DNA of 64,000 nt from a virus. This document shows, piece by piece, positions 44,579 through 54,624 of the stretch (positions are counted from its first letter, which is position 1; every line of letters begins with the position of its first letter). Under the pieces are notes generated by a model. That model did not search any database, was not told the DNA's origin, and was given only the letters and a program-made list of their open reading frames with translations. The translations under genes and the position numbers were made by a program. The stretch is from positions 1-64,000 of the IMG/VR virus record IMGVR_UViG_3300048838_000238; one strand, written 5' to 3'.

Positions 44579-47500
44579 CTAGCCGCGAACGTGACGCTTG
44601 TTCGCGCCACCCAGCACGCCGAACCGCGTCGTGTTGTACCACTGGATCGCGAACTCTCCGTCTTCCTGGGTCAGCGTCGTAATGCGATCCTGCAAGTCGA
44701 TGATTTCCACCGAGTCGCCGTAGGCCACGATCGGCGCGGACACCAATCGCTCTGCGATTTGAGTGGTGAAGTCAAGCTGCGCGGCGCGTGCAAGTTGCAC
44801 CGATCCGACTCGCCCCCACGTCCCCGCCGATGAGTAGGCGGTGTACCCGGTGGAGTCCAAACCGATCAGTTGGAACGAGTAATCGTCCACAACCTGAATC
44901 GTGAATTCGCGCTGATTGACCTCCAGCATTCCAGCGACTTCGGCGATGCGGATACTGTGACCGTTTGACAATCCGTGCGGCACGAAGGCCCGCGCCGAAT
45001 CGCCTACCGGATCAGTCGAGACAGTTCCGCCGTTGCGCCGCGCCCGGACGAAGTACAGATCGGCGGAGCTGTTGACTGATGTTTTCTTCCAATCCAGACC
45101 AGGTGCTGTCCAAGTGACATCGTACGAAGACGTGCCGGCCTTGAAGGCGGTGGTCCCATCCGAGATCCCCGCCAGCGCCACCCACTCGTCTCCGTCCCAG
45201 TATTCCCACGTCACGGTATAAGTGCCTGCGCCAGCCGTGCCTAAGTCGATAGCCAGCTTGCCGAATCGCTGTGCAAGGCCGAAGTAACAGGCATCGTCCG
45301 CGCCGACGCCAGCCGGGAAGATATCCCAGTCTCCAGTGCCAGCGTCGTTCGCGTCCGTCGTTTCGGTGACAAACGATTCGCCGCTGCTGTCCTCTTGCAG
45401 CACGATCGCGAGTTGGCTGGAGTAGCTTGTGACCACCGCCGGGCTGGCCTGAGTAATGCCCGAGATCGACCCGTATTGACCAAGTATTCCGGTCGTTTGC
45501 GCGAAGATCACGCCCGCCGTCGCGTCGATCGTGGTTACTTCCTTTGTGCCTTTCAGTAGCGTATCGCCGCCGTGGTTGTTCAGGGTGCCGAGACTGGCCG
45601 CGCAGATCAGCGCCCCGCCAGTCTTGTAGACCTCGTCAATTTCCGCATCGGCTCCGACCGTGACTTCCGCATCGGAACTGACGCTGCTTTGATAACTCAT
45701 CCACAGTTGCGAGACCGTGGCTACCTGCCCGTAGAAGTAGCCGAGACCGAGTTTGCCGCGCTGAATGCGAATGACGTTATCGGGGTGAGTGCCGCGCCAG
45801 TTAATGGCCGGCACGGAGCCGTCAACCGATGTCGAACTGGTATACACGTCGATCACGGTTTCGCGCTTGCCAGTATTGATCCTCGTCAAGCCCGATCCAG
45901 ACCCGCTACCTTCGCCGATTTCGATGATGAGCTGACCATCGTCCGCGCCGTCGCCGAGAACCAACTCGGTCGGTCGGTATTCGTAGTACAGTCCGGTATG
46001 CTGCTTGAGCCCGACCTCCCCGGTGTAGGTTGACTTTTGGATGTACTTCGCTGGCGGCGCTGCCGAGAAGTCGATGCCGTAGAGCAGCGACACGGTGGAG
46101 TTTTCCAGAAGCATCGTTTCGCCGGTTGTCGGGGCGTGACCGAGCGTCCAGTTTGCGGCTTCAGTGCCCCAGTTCGGACCTGTCGGCGACTGGGAAGTAG
46201 TCTGCGTGATTTCAGAAGCGCTCGCGCCGGTCAGCAATTCTCCATCGCCGGTGATGGCTTCGACGTTCGTCGCGGCAAGCGCCGATCCGAACGTGACCAC
46301 CACGGGCAAAGTCGGCAGCGGACCTCCCGTGCAAGTCACGTCGCCAGCGCCGATATTGCTCAAGGCTTCCAAGGCTGAATCGACAGCGGCGGCCGTGGCG
46401 TTGTAGGCGATCACGGAAGTGGTCTGTCCTGAATACGACAGCGTGAACGTGCCAGCATCTGGCGTTTTGTCGAAGGCAATCGATTGGATTTCATTGACCG
46501 GCGCGATACCGCCTTGAAGAGTCGAGACTGCCACGGTAGCGCCGGTGAGATTACTGCCATCTCCGGTCATCAGAACTACGTCGGTCAGCGCATAAGCGCC
46601 GGTGAACTCGACCAGCCAAGGCCCGCCGTTCGGACCTGTTACTGAGATGTCTCCTGGGACCGGTGTGGTGAGCGCCTCCAAGGCGAGTTGCACGTCCACC
46701 GCTGCCGCATCGAAAGCGATCGCGGCGGTTGTTTCGGAGTCAAAGGTGAGCGTAAACGTCCCGGCTTCAGGAGTTCCGTCGAAGCTCACTTGCTGGATTT
46801 CATTTTGTCCTTTGGAGTAAATGAAGAACGCTCCCGCGCTTGCGACAGAGTTCGCGCCGCTCTCGTCGTAGTCCTGAGCCGGCGCGCCAATCGCTACCAC
46901 GGTCCCTGTGATTGCCACAGATAGTCCGAACTGGTCTCCAGCAACCCTTCCATTTGTGCCGCTGCCGACCAACTTATCGGCGAGACTCCAAGTCGTGCCA
47001 CTGCGAGTGAAAGTGTACGCCGCTCCGGCGCCGCTCAGCAGGTTTGCCCCGGCAGCATCATAATCCTGGCCGAACGCTCCGACGATCGCCATGTCTCCTT
47101 CTACGGCCACTGAAATCCCAAAAACGTCCGCAGCGAGCCTACCATTCGTGCCGCTGCCAACGAGTTTTTGTTCGAGCGCCCAAGTCGATCCTGTTCTCAG
47201 GTACACGTATGCCGCGCCTGCTTCAGTCAGGGCATTAGCGCCTGCTTCGTCATATTGCTGCCGAGGGGCACCGACGATAGCCGTGTCGCCATCGATCGCT
47301 ACGCTTTCTCCGAACCTATCCCCTGCCACACGTCCGTTCGTGCCGCTGCCGACGATCTTTTGCTGAAGCGCCCAAGTCGAGCCGGTACGAAGATACACAT
47401 AGGCAGCGCCAGCGTTACTGGCAAGATTAGCGCCGGAGGCGTCATAATCCTGGAATGGTGCCCCGACGATGATGGTGTCGCCTGAGATCGCTACTCTAAA

Positions 47501-49087
47501 TCCGAAAACGTCTCCAGCGATCCGTCCGTTCGTGCCGCTGCCGACCAGTTTTTGTTGCAGCGTCCACGTCGATCCGGTGCGAGTAAATACAAAAGCCGCG
47601 CCGGCATCCGTCAAGGCGGTCGCGCCGGATGCGTCATAGTCCTGCCTTTGCGCGCCGACCACAATCGTGTCGCCAGAGATCGCCACCGACCACCCAAAGA
47701 AGTCGCCGCTCTGACGCCCGTTGGTGCCACTTCCTACGAGCTTTTGCTGCTTGGTCCATGTCGCTCCGCTGCGAGTGAATACATACACAGCCCCCGCATT
47801 GGCGAGAGAATCTTCGCCATCGGCGTCTAAATCTCCGTTGTACGCGCCAACGACCGCCGTGTCGCCGTCCACAGCGACCGCGAATCCGAAAGAATCGCTC
47901 GATTCGTCACTAACAAGTCGGTCCTGGTAAGCCCATGTCGATCCCTTTAAGAACACCACCGCCTCGTTGTCACCTCCAGCGACCGCAGTGTCGTCGTCAA
48001 TGTCGACGCCCGTGCCAAGTTGATCAGAGGCAGTCCTGTGCGGCGACGGCGCTACCAGCTTTTGTAAGTACCCAAGAGGCAGCGCTTCTTGAGTAGTCTC
48101 GATCTCAACGTCATATCCGCCGACGGTTAGACTTGCGCCGTCTCCGGTCATGGCCGCGACATTGGTTTCGGCCAACGCTTCCACAAACTCAACTGTCCAA
48201 GGTCCGCCGTCGGAGCCGGTGACTGTCACGTCAGACGCTACGCCGGCCGTCGTCGTACTGGGAACGACCGTTCCGCCTGTCGCATTGGAGTTATCGACCG
48301 TGACTTGCGTGCGGTTGGCGCGACCGAGGGACTTCTTGAAGGTGATTGTGATGGGGGTCGTATTTAGCGGTCCTCCGGCGCAGACGGCCTCATCGACTCC
48401 GATATTGCTCAGCGCTTCGAGTGCTGTTTCAAGGTTAGCGGCCGTCACATCGAAGGCGATCGTCGCGGCGGTCTGCCCCTCAAACGTCAAGTCAAATGTT
48501 CCTCCGGACGCGGTAGACGTCAGCGTCTGAACTTCGTTTGTGCCAGCGATATTCGATAGATCACACAGCGCATCGCGAACATCGTAGGCAGTAGCGTCAT
48601 AGGCGATGGCCGCTGTGACCTGTCCGTCGAATGTCAGTGCGAACGTGCCGCCTACCGCATCTGTATCCACGTCGATGTACTGAATCTCATTCTGCCCGGC
48701 CACGCCTTGCTGAGTGACTGTGACGACGACAGTCGCGACGATCGCATTGGACAGAGTCGCCGTGAAGGGTTTGCCGTCGTCCGGCCCGGTCAAAAGAATC
48801 GCCTCGATACCGTCGTCCCCGTCGTCGGATTCGTAGGTCATCTCGTTGAATTCGGCGATGTCTTCCGCGCCAGCGACCAGCGCCGCCAGCAGATTCGTCA
48901 TGGCGACTTGGTCGGTTGTCAGACTGGGCGCCGCGTCGATGTCGTCCTGCGTCAGCGTATAGGTGACGTCCTTGCGGTTGACGGTCGCGGTCCAGGTTTC
49001 GCCGACTTCCGCATCGACGATTACCCAGCGTTCGATTTGAGCCTTGGCCTGCGCGTCGCCGCGAAAACTGTTAATTACTTCGGGCAT
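44579..49087 (-). CDS. Large modular virion protein with FG-GAP beta-propeller and NE(I/V)Q repeats
   Basis: About 7 FG-GAP blades, 4 NExQ..GTFxLTF domains, split C-terminal E1-FCCH-like domain. Confidence 0.8.
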   Translation of the reverse strand: MPEVINSFRGDAQAKAQIERWVIVDAEVGETWTATVNRKDVTYTLTQDDIDAAPSLTTDQVAMTNLLAALVAGAEDIAEFNEMTYESDDGDDGIEAILLTGPDDGKPFTATLSNAIVATVVVTVTQQGVAGQNEIQYIDVDTDAVGGTFALTFDGQVTAAIAYDATAYDVRDALCDLSNIAGTNEVQTLTSTASGGTFDLTFEGQTAATIAFDVTAANLETALEALSNIGVDEAVCAGGPLNTTPITITFKKSLGRANRTQVTVDNSNATGGTVVPSTTTAGVASDVTVTGSDGGPWTVEFVEALAETNVAAMTGDGASLTVGGYDVEIETTQEALPLGYLQKLVAPSPHRTASDQLGTGVDIDDDTAVAGGDNEAVVFLKGSTWAYQDRLVSDESSDSFGFAVAVDGDTAVVGAYNGDLDADGEDSLANAGAVYVFTRSGATWTKQQKLVGSGTNGRQSGDFFGWSVAISGDTIVVGAQRQDYDASGATALTDAGAAFVFTRTGSTWTLQQKLVGSGTNGRIAGDVFGFRVAISGDTIIVGAPFQDYDASGANLASNAGAAYVYLRTGSTWALQQKIVGSGTNGRVAGDRFGESVAIDGDTAIVGAPRQQYDEAGANALTEAGAAYVYLRTGSTWALEQKLVGSGTNGRLAADVFGISVAVEGDMAIVGAFGQDYDAAGANLLSGAGAAYTFTRSGTTWSLADKLVGSGTNGRVAGDQFGLSVAITGTVVAIGAPAQDYDESGANSVASAGAFFIYSKGQNEIQQVSFDGTPEAGTFTLTFDSETTAAIAFDAAAVDVQLALEALTTPVPGDISVTGPNGGPWLVEFTGAYALTDVVLMTGDGSNLTGATVAVSTLQGGIAPVNEIQSIAFDKTPDAGTFTLSYSGQTTSVIAYNATAAAVDSALEALSNIGAGDVTCTGGPLPTLPVVVTFGSALAATNVEAITGDGELLTGASASEITQTTSQSPTGPNWGTEAANWTLGHAPTTGETMLLENSTVSLLYGIDFSAAPPAKYIQKSTYTGEVGLKQHTGLYYEYRPTELVLGDGADDGQLIIEIGEGSGSGSGLTRINTGKRETVIDVYTSSTSVDGSVPAINWRGTHPDNVIRIQRGKLGLGYFYGQVATVSQLWMSYQSSVSSDAEVTVGADAEIDEVYKTGGALICAASLGTLNNHGGDTLLKGTKEVTTIDATAGVIFAQTTGILGQYGSISGITQASPAVVTSYSSQLAIVLQEDSSGESFVTETTDANDAGTGDWDIFPAGVGADDACYFGLAQRFGKLAIDLGTAGAGTYTVTWEYWDGDEWVALAGISDGTTAFKAGTSSYDVTWTAPGLDWKKTSVNSSADLYFVRARRNGGTVSTDPVGDSARAFVPHGLSNGHSIRIAEVAGMLEVNQREFTIQVVDDYSFQLIGLDSTGYTAYSSAGTWGRVGSVQLARAAQLDFTTQIAERLVSAPIVAYGDSVEIIDLQDRITTLTQEDGEFAIQWYNTTRFGVLGGANKRHVRG
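46810..48070 (-). repeat. FG-GAP repeats, five at 192-bp spacing
   Basis: KLVGSGTNGR..GD.FG.SVAI.GDT.IVGA..QDYD units at about 46956, 47148, 47340, 47532 and 47724. Confidence 0.9.
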
Positions 49088-49123
49088 CCGTGCCGCTCCG
49101 TCGATGATTCTGAGTGGTGAAAC

Positions 49124-49142
49124 CTATATCCCTAAGATATAG
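49124..49142. promoter_or_regulatory. Perfect palindrome upstream of the 1502-aa gene
   Basis: ctatatc-cctaa-gatatag. Confidence 0.7.
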
Positions 49143-49193
49143 CAAGACGAGGCTCGTGTGCGGCGGCTGGACGTGTCTAACTAGCGGTCCAGA

Positions 49194-49967
49194 TCACGGG
49201 TAGTTGTACCCCAGCCGGTGCGCTCTGCCATACAGCGAGGAACTGCTGACGTAGTTGTAGGTCCAGGAAATCGGCCAATCGACCCACGCCTGCTTGCCGT
49301 CGCTCGCGACCAGTCTGGGTGTCCCCTCGGTAACGAGCGGCACGGAACTGGCGAGCTTACTGGGCCAGATCGGCGGCGGGATGGGCGGATATCCATAGAG
49401 CCCGACCGCCGATCCCTGCTGGACGGCGCGTACGGCAGTGTATTGACGAAGAGTCTGTTCGACCGCTGGTCCGGTCAGCACGTCGATCGCGCCCCGCTGC
49501 CTGCCAGCTTCCGGCCATTGCACGGTTTCCTGGAACGATTTGACCAGATTTGCCAGCGACAGCGAGCCCGCTGCGTAGGGTATAGTTGCCTTGGCGACGA
49601 TCTGGCTCTGGCAATTCGTAACCAGCGACGCGCGACCTGGATCCGGAAAGTGCGGCGGCGAGATGATTTGCACCCCAGCTAGGGTATCGACCGTCTTTAG
49701 AGTCAAGTGCGTTTCGGTGCCGTTGGGGTGGCAGAAGATCAGATCGCGACCGCTGACCGAGTAGGCTGCTTGCAGAGCCGCCATTTGTGCTTTGATATCG
49801 GCCCGCCGTAACGCTTCGGTTGCCTTATGCGAGATTAGCCAGACCGTGATATTCCACGTTTCTTCTTCGGCCCACGCGGTGCCAGCATCCGTCAGCAGGG
49901 CTTGCCTCTGTGTGGTGACTCGCGTCGTGCCGACCGGGTGCGTGAAATTGCCGTATTTCAGGATCAT
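49194..49967 (-). CDS. Probable distal tail protein
   Basis: Beta-rich 257-aa protein, first structural-looking gene after the tape measure and island. Confidence 0.45.
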   Translation of the reverse strand: MILKYGNFTHPVGTTRVTTQRQALLTDAGTAWAEEETWNITVWLISHKATEALRRADIKAQMAALQAAYSVSGRDLIFCHPNGTETHLTLKTVDTLAGVQIISPPHFPDPGRASLVTNCQSQIVAKATIPYAAGSLSLANLVKSFQETVQWPEAGRQRGAIDVLTGPAVEQTLRQYTAVRAVQQGSAVGLYGYPPIPPPIWPSKLASSVPLVTEGTPRLVASDGKQAWVDWPISWTYNYVSSSSLYGRAHRLGYNYP

Positions 49968-49974
49968 GACGCGA

Positions 49975-49993
49975 TTATATCAGATCGCTATAG
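49975..49993. promoter_or_regulatory. Palindromic operator-like site just upstream of the ATG
   Basis: ttatatc-agatc-gctatag. Confidence 0.55.
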
Positions 49994-50015
49994 CCTGCCG
50001 ATGGCGCGGAAGCGG

Positions 50016-51746
50016 TCACGCGACGTGTCCAATCCTCAGTAGATTCGACGGCTCGATCCGATTAGACAGCCGAAACACTTCGGCGACGTAAGCCACGTCT
50101 TCGGGGTCTGGCTGGAGTTCTCGAACAGCCTCTTCAGCCGTGCGAATCCAACCAAGCAGTTTGCCGGCCTGGACGTTGATCGCCAAGATAACTCGCTTTG
50201 CCACGCGGATGTGTAAATTTCCGTTCTGGTATGCCTTGGCGTCCATCAGCGGCTCGCCGTCCTGGAGACATAGTTCGTTTTTCTTGCCAGACGTCCAGCG
50301 GTAGTTAGCTGGGCTGTCCATACAGGCAAACCCGAGATTGTTGGCGACGGTCACGAAGTCCGAAAGGAACTCTATCGACCGCCGCGACAGACCGTTTACA
50401 GCATCGAAGGAATACTGGCTGGTATTGATCCCTCCGAACCCCTCAATAACGAGCCGGTAGTCGATCTTGTATTGAGTCTCGTCTTCGTGGAGGTATCGCC
50501 AATTTCCCTTGGTGAACACCTTGTCGTTGCTCTTGTAGCGGTGGACGTTGGCGTGTTGCGCGAGTGACTTAAACAGTTCAACGAGCTGGTCGTCAAAATG
50601 ATCACTAGCCCACTTGGAAATCCATATCAGCATCGACCGGACATTGCCTTCCGTGAAGTCTACGACAGTTTTGTTTCTGAGCGATTCGAGGAACGCATTG
50701 CGTTGCTTAGTGGCAAGCCTCTTGGTGATGTCTTCTAAGTGCTCAAACAGGACTTGCCAGTATTTGTTCTTGAGACCGACGATCTTTGACCGCAGGCCGT
50801 CCAGGATGGCTTTTTTCGTGACGCCCAGTTCCTTTAGTAGCAACGGGTTGATTTTGACCACCTTCCGGTAAGTCTCGTACATCTCTGTCAACTCGGTATC
50901 GTAGGCATGGACAAGCGATTCGATGATATTGCCACCCTTAGCGACTTGCCGCAGCCAATCCTTATCCTCTTCGCACTCGTCGTCGATCTTACAATCGAAC
51001 TTATCCAGTTCTGGAAGCATCTCTTCAATAGCTGAATTGAATGCCGAGTCTTTGTCGCGGTCTCCCATATCGAAGAGAACGATCTCGACCTTGGCCCGTG
51101 CTCGCCGATCGGCAGTCTCAAAGTCGAACTTGCCCAGCGACTTTGGCTTTAGTTCGAACTGGTCGATCAACTCTTGAATCTTCTGGCTGTCGCGCCAGCG
51201 TCGCGGAATGACCAAGTACACCGACTTGGCGGCGCACTCGCGCAGGATGCGATACGCCCATTCCTCGTACTCGCTGTAGGGCGGATTGCAGAAGACGATA
51301 TCGACCTGTTTGTCGACCAGCGTTTGCTCGTGGAACTCAGTGCCGATCACGACTATATGCTTTGGCATGTTCGCCAAATGGATCATCGATTTTTCAACGG
51401 CGAACTGATCCAGTGTGATCGTGTTCCGTGAATGCTCGCCCTCGTCACTCAGCATCTCTTGCAGCTTGACCAGCGCCCGGCCGTCGCCAGCCCCGATGTC
51501 GAGGATATCTAGCGACCCGTGACGACGATAGGCACGATCGGCTTCTCGCCGGATACTCTTGGCGATGACAGCAAGGATCTCATCGGTCGTGGGATAAAAA
51601 GCGTAATCTTCTCCGTTGGCCTTCAGTTCGTCAACTCTGCGACGCGTTGCTGGCCGAGTGAATATCCGCACCGGTTTGCGTGTTGTCCTCAGATTTACTG
51701 GCGAGGCCAGTTTCGCAGTCGTGCGTGGATGTGGTGTTGCATTCAC
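50016..51746 (-). CDS. Adenine methyltransferase-like protein with DUF4942-like C-terminus
   Basis: FYPT, ILDIGAGDG, FCNPPY, RRARAKV, YKSN, KAYQNGNLHI. Confidence 0.8.
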   Translation of the reverse strand: MNATPHPRTTAKLASPVNLRTTRKPVRIFTRPATRRRVDELKANGEDYAFYPTTDEILAVIAKSIRREADRAYRRHGSLDILDIGAGDGRALVKLQEMLSDEGEHSRNTITLDQFAVEKSMIHLANMPKHIVVIGTEFHEQTLVDKQVDIVFCNPPYSEYEEWAYRILRECAAKSVYLVIPRRWRDSQKIQELIDQFELKPKSLGKFDFETADRRARAKVEIVLFDMGDRDKDSAFNSAIEEMLPELDKFDCKIDDECEEDKDWLRQVAKGGNIIESLVHAYDTELTEMYETYRKVVKINPLLLKELGVTKKAILDGLRSKIVGLKNKYWQVLFEHLEDITKRLATKQRNAFLESLRNKTVVDFTEGNVRSMLIWISKWASDHFDDQLVELFKSLAQHANVHRYKSNDKVFTKGNWRYLHEDETQYKIDYRLVIEGFGGINTSQYSFDAVNGLSRRSIEFLSDFVTVANNLGFACMDSPANYRWTSGKKNELCLQDGEPLMDAKAYQNGNLHIRVAKRVILAINVQAGKLLGWIRTAEEAVRELQPDPEDVAYVAEVFRLSNRIEPSNLLRIGHVA

Positions 51747-52258
51747 TGTAACTCTCCTCTGTCGGCCTCTGTGGCCGCTATGTTGTAGGCGTTACTTGCT
51801 TCGTCGATTGTGTAGAAGGTTCCAAGGAACTGTGTCTTGCCATTGACGTACAGGTTCGCCATGTACGGTTTTTTGTTTCTTAATGTGCGAGATACGCCAG
51901 TGGGTAGGCCGCTGGACTTTCCTCTGATGCGATAGCCCTCCGCTATGTTCTTTCTCTGTGAGATGATACGGAGGTTGGATAAACGATCGTCTGTGCAGTC
52001 GTTGTTTATATGGTCAACAACTTTGTCGTACCCTGCTGGTGAGTAACCTAGAAATGCCATCGCCACGAAGACGGCGACAGGCTGTTTTGTTGCCCTTCCT
52101 AGCGAAACATATCGCCGGTTATTCTTGCTGTTGACGTGAGGCGTCAGCATCACACCCTTGCGTTTCCTGCCATCCGCAAGCACGCGATCGATGCTTCGCA
52201 CATGTCCGTTATCGGATGCTTCGTAGCCGTGGAATCCTGGTATCAGTCTCCATCTCAT
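51743..52258 (-). CDS. NUMOD4-HNH-AP2 homing endonuclease
   Basis: WRLIPGFHGYEASDNGHVRS, VDHINNDCTDDRLSNL, FLGTFYTIDEASNAY. Confidence 0.9.
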   Translation of the reverse strand: MRWRLIPGFHGYEASDNGHVRSIDRVLADGRKRKGVMLTPHVNSKNNRRYVSLGRATKQPVAVFVAMAFLGYSPAGYDKVVDHINNDCTDDRLSNLRIISQRKNIAEGYRIRGKSSGLPTGVSRTLRNKKPYMANLYVNGKTQFLGTFYTIDEASNAYNIAATEADRGELQ

Positions 52259-52350
52259 CACGATGAACCTCTTAGAAGAAGTCCGCTTCAATGCAGGCGG
52301 ATGGTCTGTTTGTAAACGTGACCCAATACGGCATCATGGCAATATCCCTT

Positions 52351-52605
52351 TCAGGAAGTGGCAGATAGTTCAACAGAAACTTCAGCAACTGGATGATTCT
52401 CCGGCAATCCGTGCTGAGCGCAGAAGCTCAGCCACAACTTGTATCCGTGGAGATTGATGAACTCGATCCGCGTGAGTGCGCGGAGTAATTCGAGCTGCTG
52501 AATGACTAGCTTGCGGCGACGATCGAAGATCAGGTACGACGGGGTGCCGCTGCGAAGCGAACATTCCTTCATCAGTTCGGCGAGTTGCTTTTCAAGTTCT
52601 TCCAT
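52351..52605 (-). CDS. Hypothetical protein
   Basis: 84-aa ORF directly after a promoter/operator copy. Confidence 0.55.
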   Translation of the reverse strand: MEELEKQLAELMKECSLRSGTPSYLIFDRRRKLVIQQLELLRALTRIEFINLHGYKLWLSFCAQHGLPENHPVAEVSVELSATS

Positions 52606-52626
52606 CGTTCCGTCCTCGTGGCTTGG

Positions 52627-52674
52627 TTATATCTGATTGATATAGGTTATTCGCCGCGCGCTGAACAGTATTGG
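52627..52674 (-). promoter_or_regulatory. Promoter (52648-52674) plus operator (52627-52645)
   Basis: CCAA-N15-GGCGAATA; ttatatc-tgatt-gatatag. Confidence 0.8.
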
Positions 52675-52720
52675 GACCGGCTGGTAAGAAATTGCCGGGA
52701 GAATCTGCAAGTCCCGACGC

Positions 52721-52759
52721 CTTATCCGGACACGAATGCGGACACCGTGTCCGGATAAG
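52721..52759. terminator. 14-bp perfect inverted repeat
   Basis: cttatccggacacg-N11-cgtgtccggataag. Confidence 0.55.
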
Positions 52760-52769
52760 CCTGTCGCAA

Positions 52770-52946
52770 CTACGGCTCCAGAGTTTCCCGGACAATATCC
52801 CGCAGTTCGCGGTTGCCTTCCAGTGCTGGCAGCACCTTCCACAGCACGCGACCGTAGAGGGTGATCGTGCCGTACAGCGATGCGATCAGCTCTCTGGACT
52901 CTTCGGGAGACTCAACCGACGGAAGAAAAGGACGTGCATTGCTCAT
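52770..52946 (-). CDS. Small hypothetical protein
   Basis: MSNARPF start with GAGGTG RBS. Confidence 0.5.
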   Translation of the reverse strand: MSNARPFLPSVESPEESRELIASLYGTITLYGRVLWKVLPALEGNRELRDIVRETLEP

Positions 52947-53132
52947 AATTACACCTCGTTGTGAGGGTTCTGACCCGCCGGACACGTAGCACTATCAATG
53001 CCACGAGTCCTTTATTTTTCGAGGCGGCGGCCGACTGCGCGTCGGTGCTGATAGATTATCGCCGCAACTCTCGTAGCAATCACAAGTTAACGATCAACCG
53101 AAACTTGCGAACTAGCAGACCAGAAAAGAGCG

Positions 53133-53160
53133 ATCCTAGCGTTTAGTGTACGCTTGTCAA
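53133..53160 (-). promoter_or_regulatory. Housekeeping sigma70-type promoter
   Basis: TTGACA-N16-TAGGAT. Confidence 0.5.
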
Positions 53161-53218
53161 CTATCCAAGAATGGAAAGATTTACCGACTGGTTTGAATGG
53201 CGAGAAACTCCGGAATGC

Positions 53219-53611
53219 CTAGCGGTCGGCCAGCAGCGGCACACTTCCGCGATCATCTGGCGGTACGGAATCGTAGCCGCGTAGCCATTCGGATTCCTGC
53301 TCGGGCGATTCGGGACAACAGAGTATTCGATAGCAGCCTTGTAATGCGGCGAGTTGTCCGCATTCGTATGTCTTGTTGTGCGCGGCAAAGAACTCCGGCA
53401 CATTGCACGGCATCCAGGCCAGCACGTCTGTCGGTGGCCATTGCTGGTAGTCGTCCGGCTCGTATCGATGCAGAATCAAGCCGTCCAGGTCAACGAACGT
53501 TTGCGCGTAGTCGACGTGCGCACTTACGCCATCCCGCTCAATGACTGCGACCCAAATAGAATCTCCATCTCCTGGACGTTCAGACGTTGGCATCCATCTC
53601 GGTTTCGTCAT
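53219..53611 (-). CDS. Hypothetical protein (DUF551-like N-terminus)
   Basis: WMPTSERP...VLAWMP; AAGGAG RBS. Confidence 0.55.
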   Translation of the reverse strand: MTKPRWMPTSERPGDGDSIWVAVIERDGVSAHVDYAQTFVDLDGLILHRYEPDDYQQWPPTDVLAWMPCNVPEFFAAHNKTYECGQLAALQGCYRILCCPESPEQESEWLRGYDSVPPDDRGSVPLLADR

Positions 53612-53699
53612 CGGTTCGGATCTCCTTGTGCCGCATCTCGCGGCCACGGTTGGTGGTGTCGTTGCCAAGTTCACAGCGAGACGTGGGAAGTGTGCTGGA

Positions 53700-53963
53700 C
53701 TAGGATTGCTGCCACCCTGCCAATCCATCCTCAGCAGCCTCGGTGGCAGCCACAGCCTCAGCGACGATCTCTGGCCAGCGGTCGGATTCCCACCACTCAC
53801 CGTATGGTGTCAGATTGCCATCGCTGTCGTGTGTCAATTCGGTGCCGTGGTCGTAGGTCAGATCCCACGGGCCACAGTCCGCAGTGGGGACGTAGCCGTG
53901 CATGTCCGCTGACAGATTCTCGCCAAATGATCCGAGATTTGATTTGTGGAATGCGTTCATCAT
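53700..53963 (-). CDS. Hypothetical acidic protein
   Basis: GAGGAG RBS. Confidence 0.55.
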   Translation of the reverse strand: MMNAFHKSNLGSFGENLSADMHGYVPTADCGPWDLTYDHGTELTHDSDGNLTPYGEWWESDRWPEIVAEAVAATEAAEDGLAGWQQS

Positions 53964-54030
53964 CCGTGTTTCTCCTCATGTTGAATTTACTCCCCGCTCA
54001 CTGCGAGACGGGGGTGGGTGGGTGGGGTAT

Positions 54031-54354
54031 TTAAGGTCCTGGTCCGCCAGTATGCTTTCCTCGCCGAATCGTTTTCTTGCCTCCGCCGCCGAGCGTAGCC
54101 CTCCTCACGCCCTTCGTTTTTGTCGCCTGCCTCGGCGGTGGAATCGGCGACGAGTCAGCCGGTGCGTGAGTGCCGCAGTACGCTCGCCAATCACCGCTTG
54201 ACTTGCTGACGTGCGTTACTTTTTTGCGGCAGACTTCGCACGCGGCTTTTAGGCGCGGATATCGACCGTGGCAGTCGAGGCATTCTTTCGCCGACGTGAT
54301 ACTATCTGCGGCGAGCATGTGAGATCCGCACTCAGGGCAGAGTAGGTGCCGCAT
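54031..54354 (-). CDS. Zinc-ribbon protein
   Basis: CPEC, CLDC, CEVC, CGTH. Confidence 0.5.
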   Translation of the reverse strand: MRHLLCPECGSHMLAADSITSAKECLDCHGRYPRLKAACEVCRKKVTHVSKSSGDWRAYCGTHAPADSSPIPPPRQATKTKGVRRATLGGGGKKTIRRGKHTGGPGP

Positions 54355-54572
54355 TACACCGCCTCCACGTACTCGCCACCGGCAGCCGTCACGCCGTCCA
54401 GGGTATTCGGGCCGAGGTCGCCTTCCTCGATCGCGTCGTATGCCGACTGGACGGAGGCTTGGTCTGACGGGTCGCATACGATCCAGCCGACTGATCGCGA
54501 ACCGAATCCGAATTCCCCGACGATCACTTTTCCGGAATCTGTTACTTCGCGTGCTGTCATTTGCTTCGTCAT
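54354..54572 (-). CDS. Hypothetical protein
   Basis: GAGGAG RBS; first gene after promoter 54693. Confidence 0.55.
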   Translation of the reverse strand: MTKQMTAREVTDSGKVIVGEFGFGSRSVGWIVCDPSDQASVQSAYDAIEEGDLGPNTLDGVTAAGGEYVEAV

Positions 54573-54624
54573 CGTGTTTCTCCTCGTGTTAGTTGGTTTC
54601 GTTCTCGCCGGGCTTGTGACCGGC

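Noticed and set aside
52273-52338. 21-codon ORF MMPYWVTFTNRPSACIEADFF before the HNH gene, as an intron-split or disrupted gene
   Set aside because: No group I intron core or downstream exon could be identified; too short to support.
54010-54027. G-quadruplex-capable run GGGGGTGGGTGGGTGGGG
   Set aside because: It is a single intergenic occurrence with no supporting context, so function cannot be argued from sequence.
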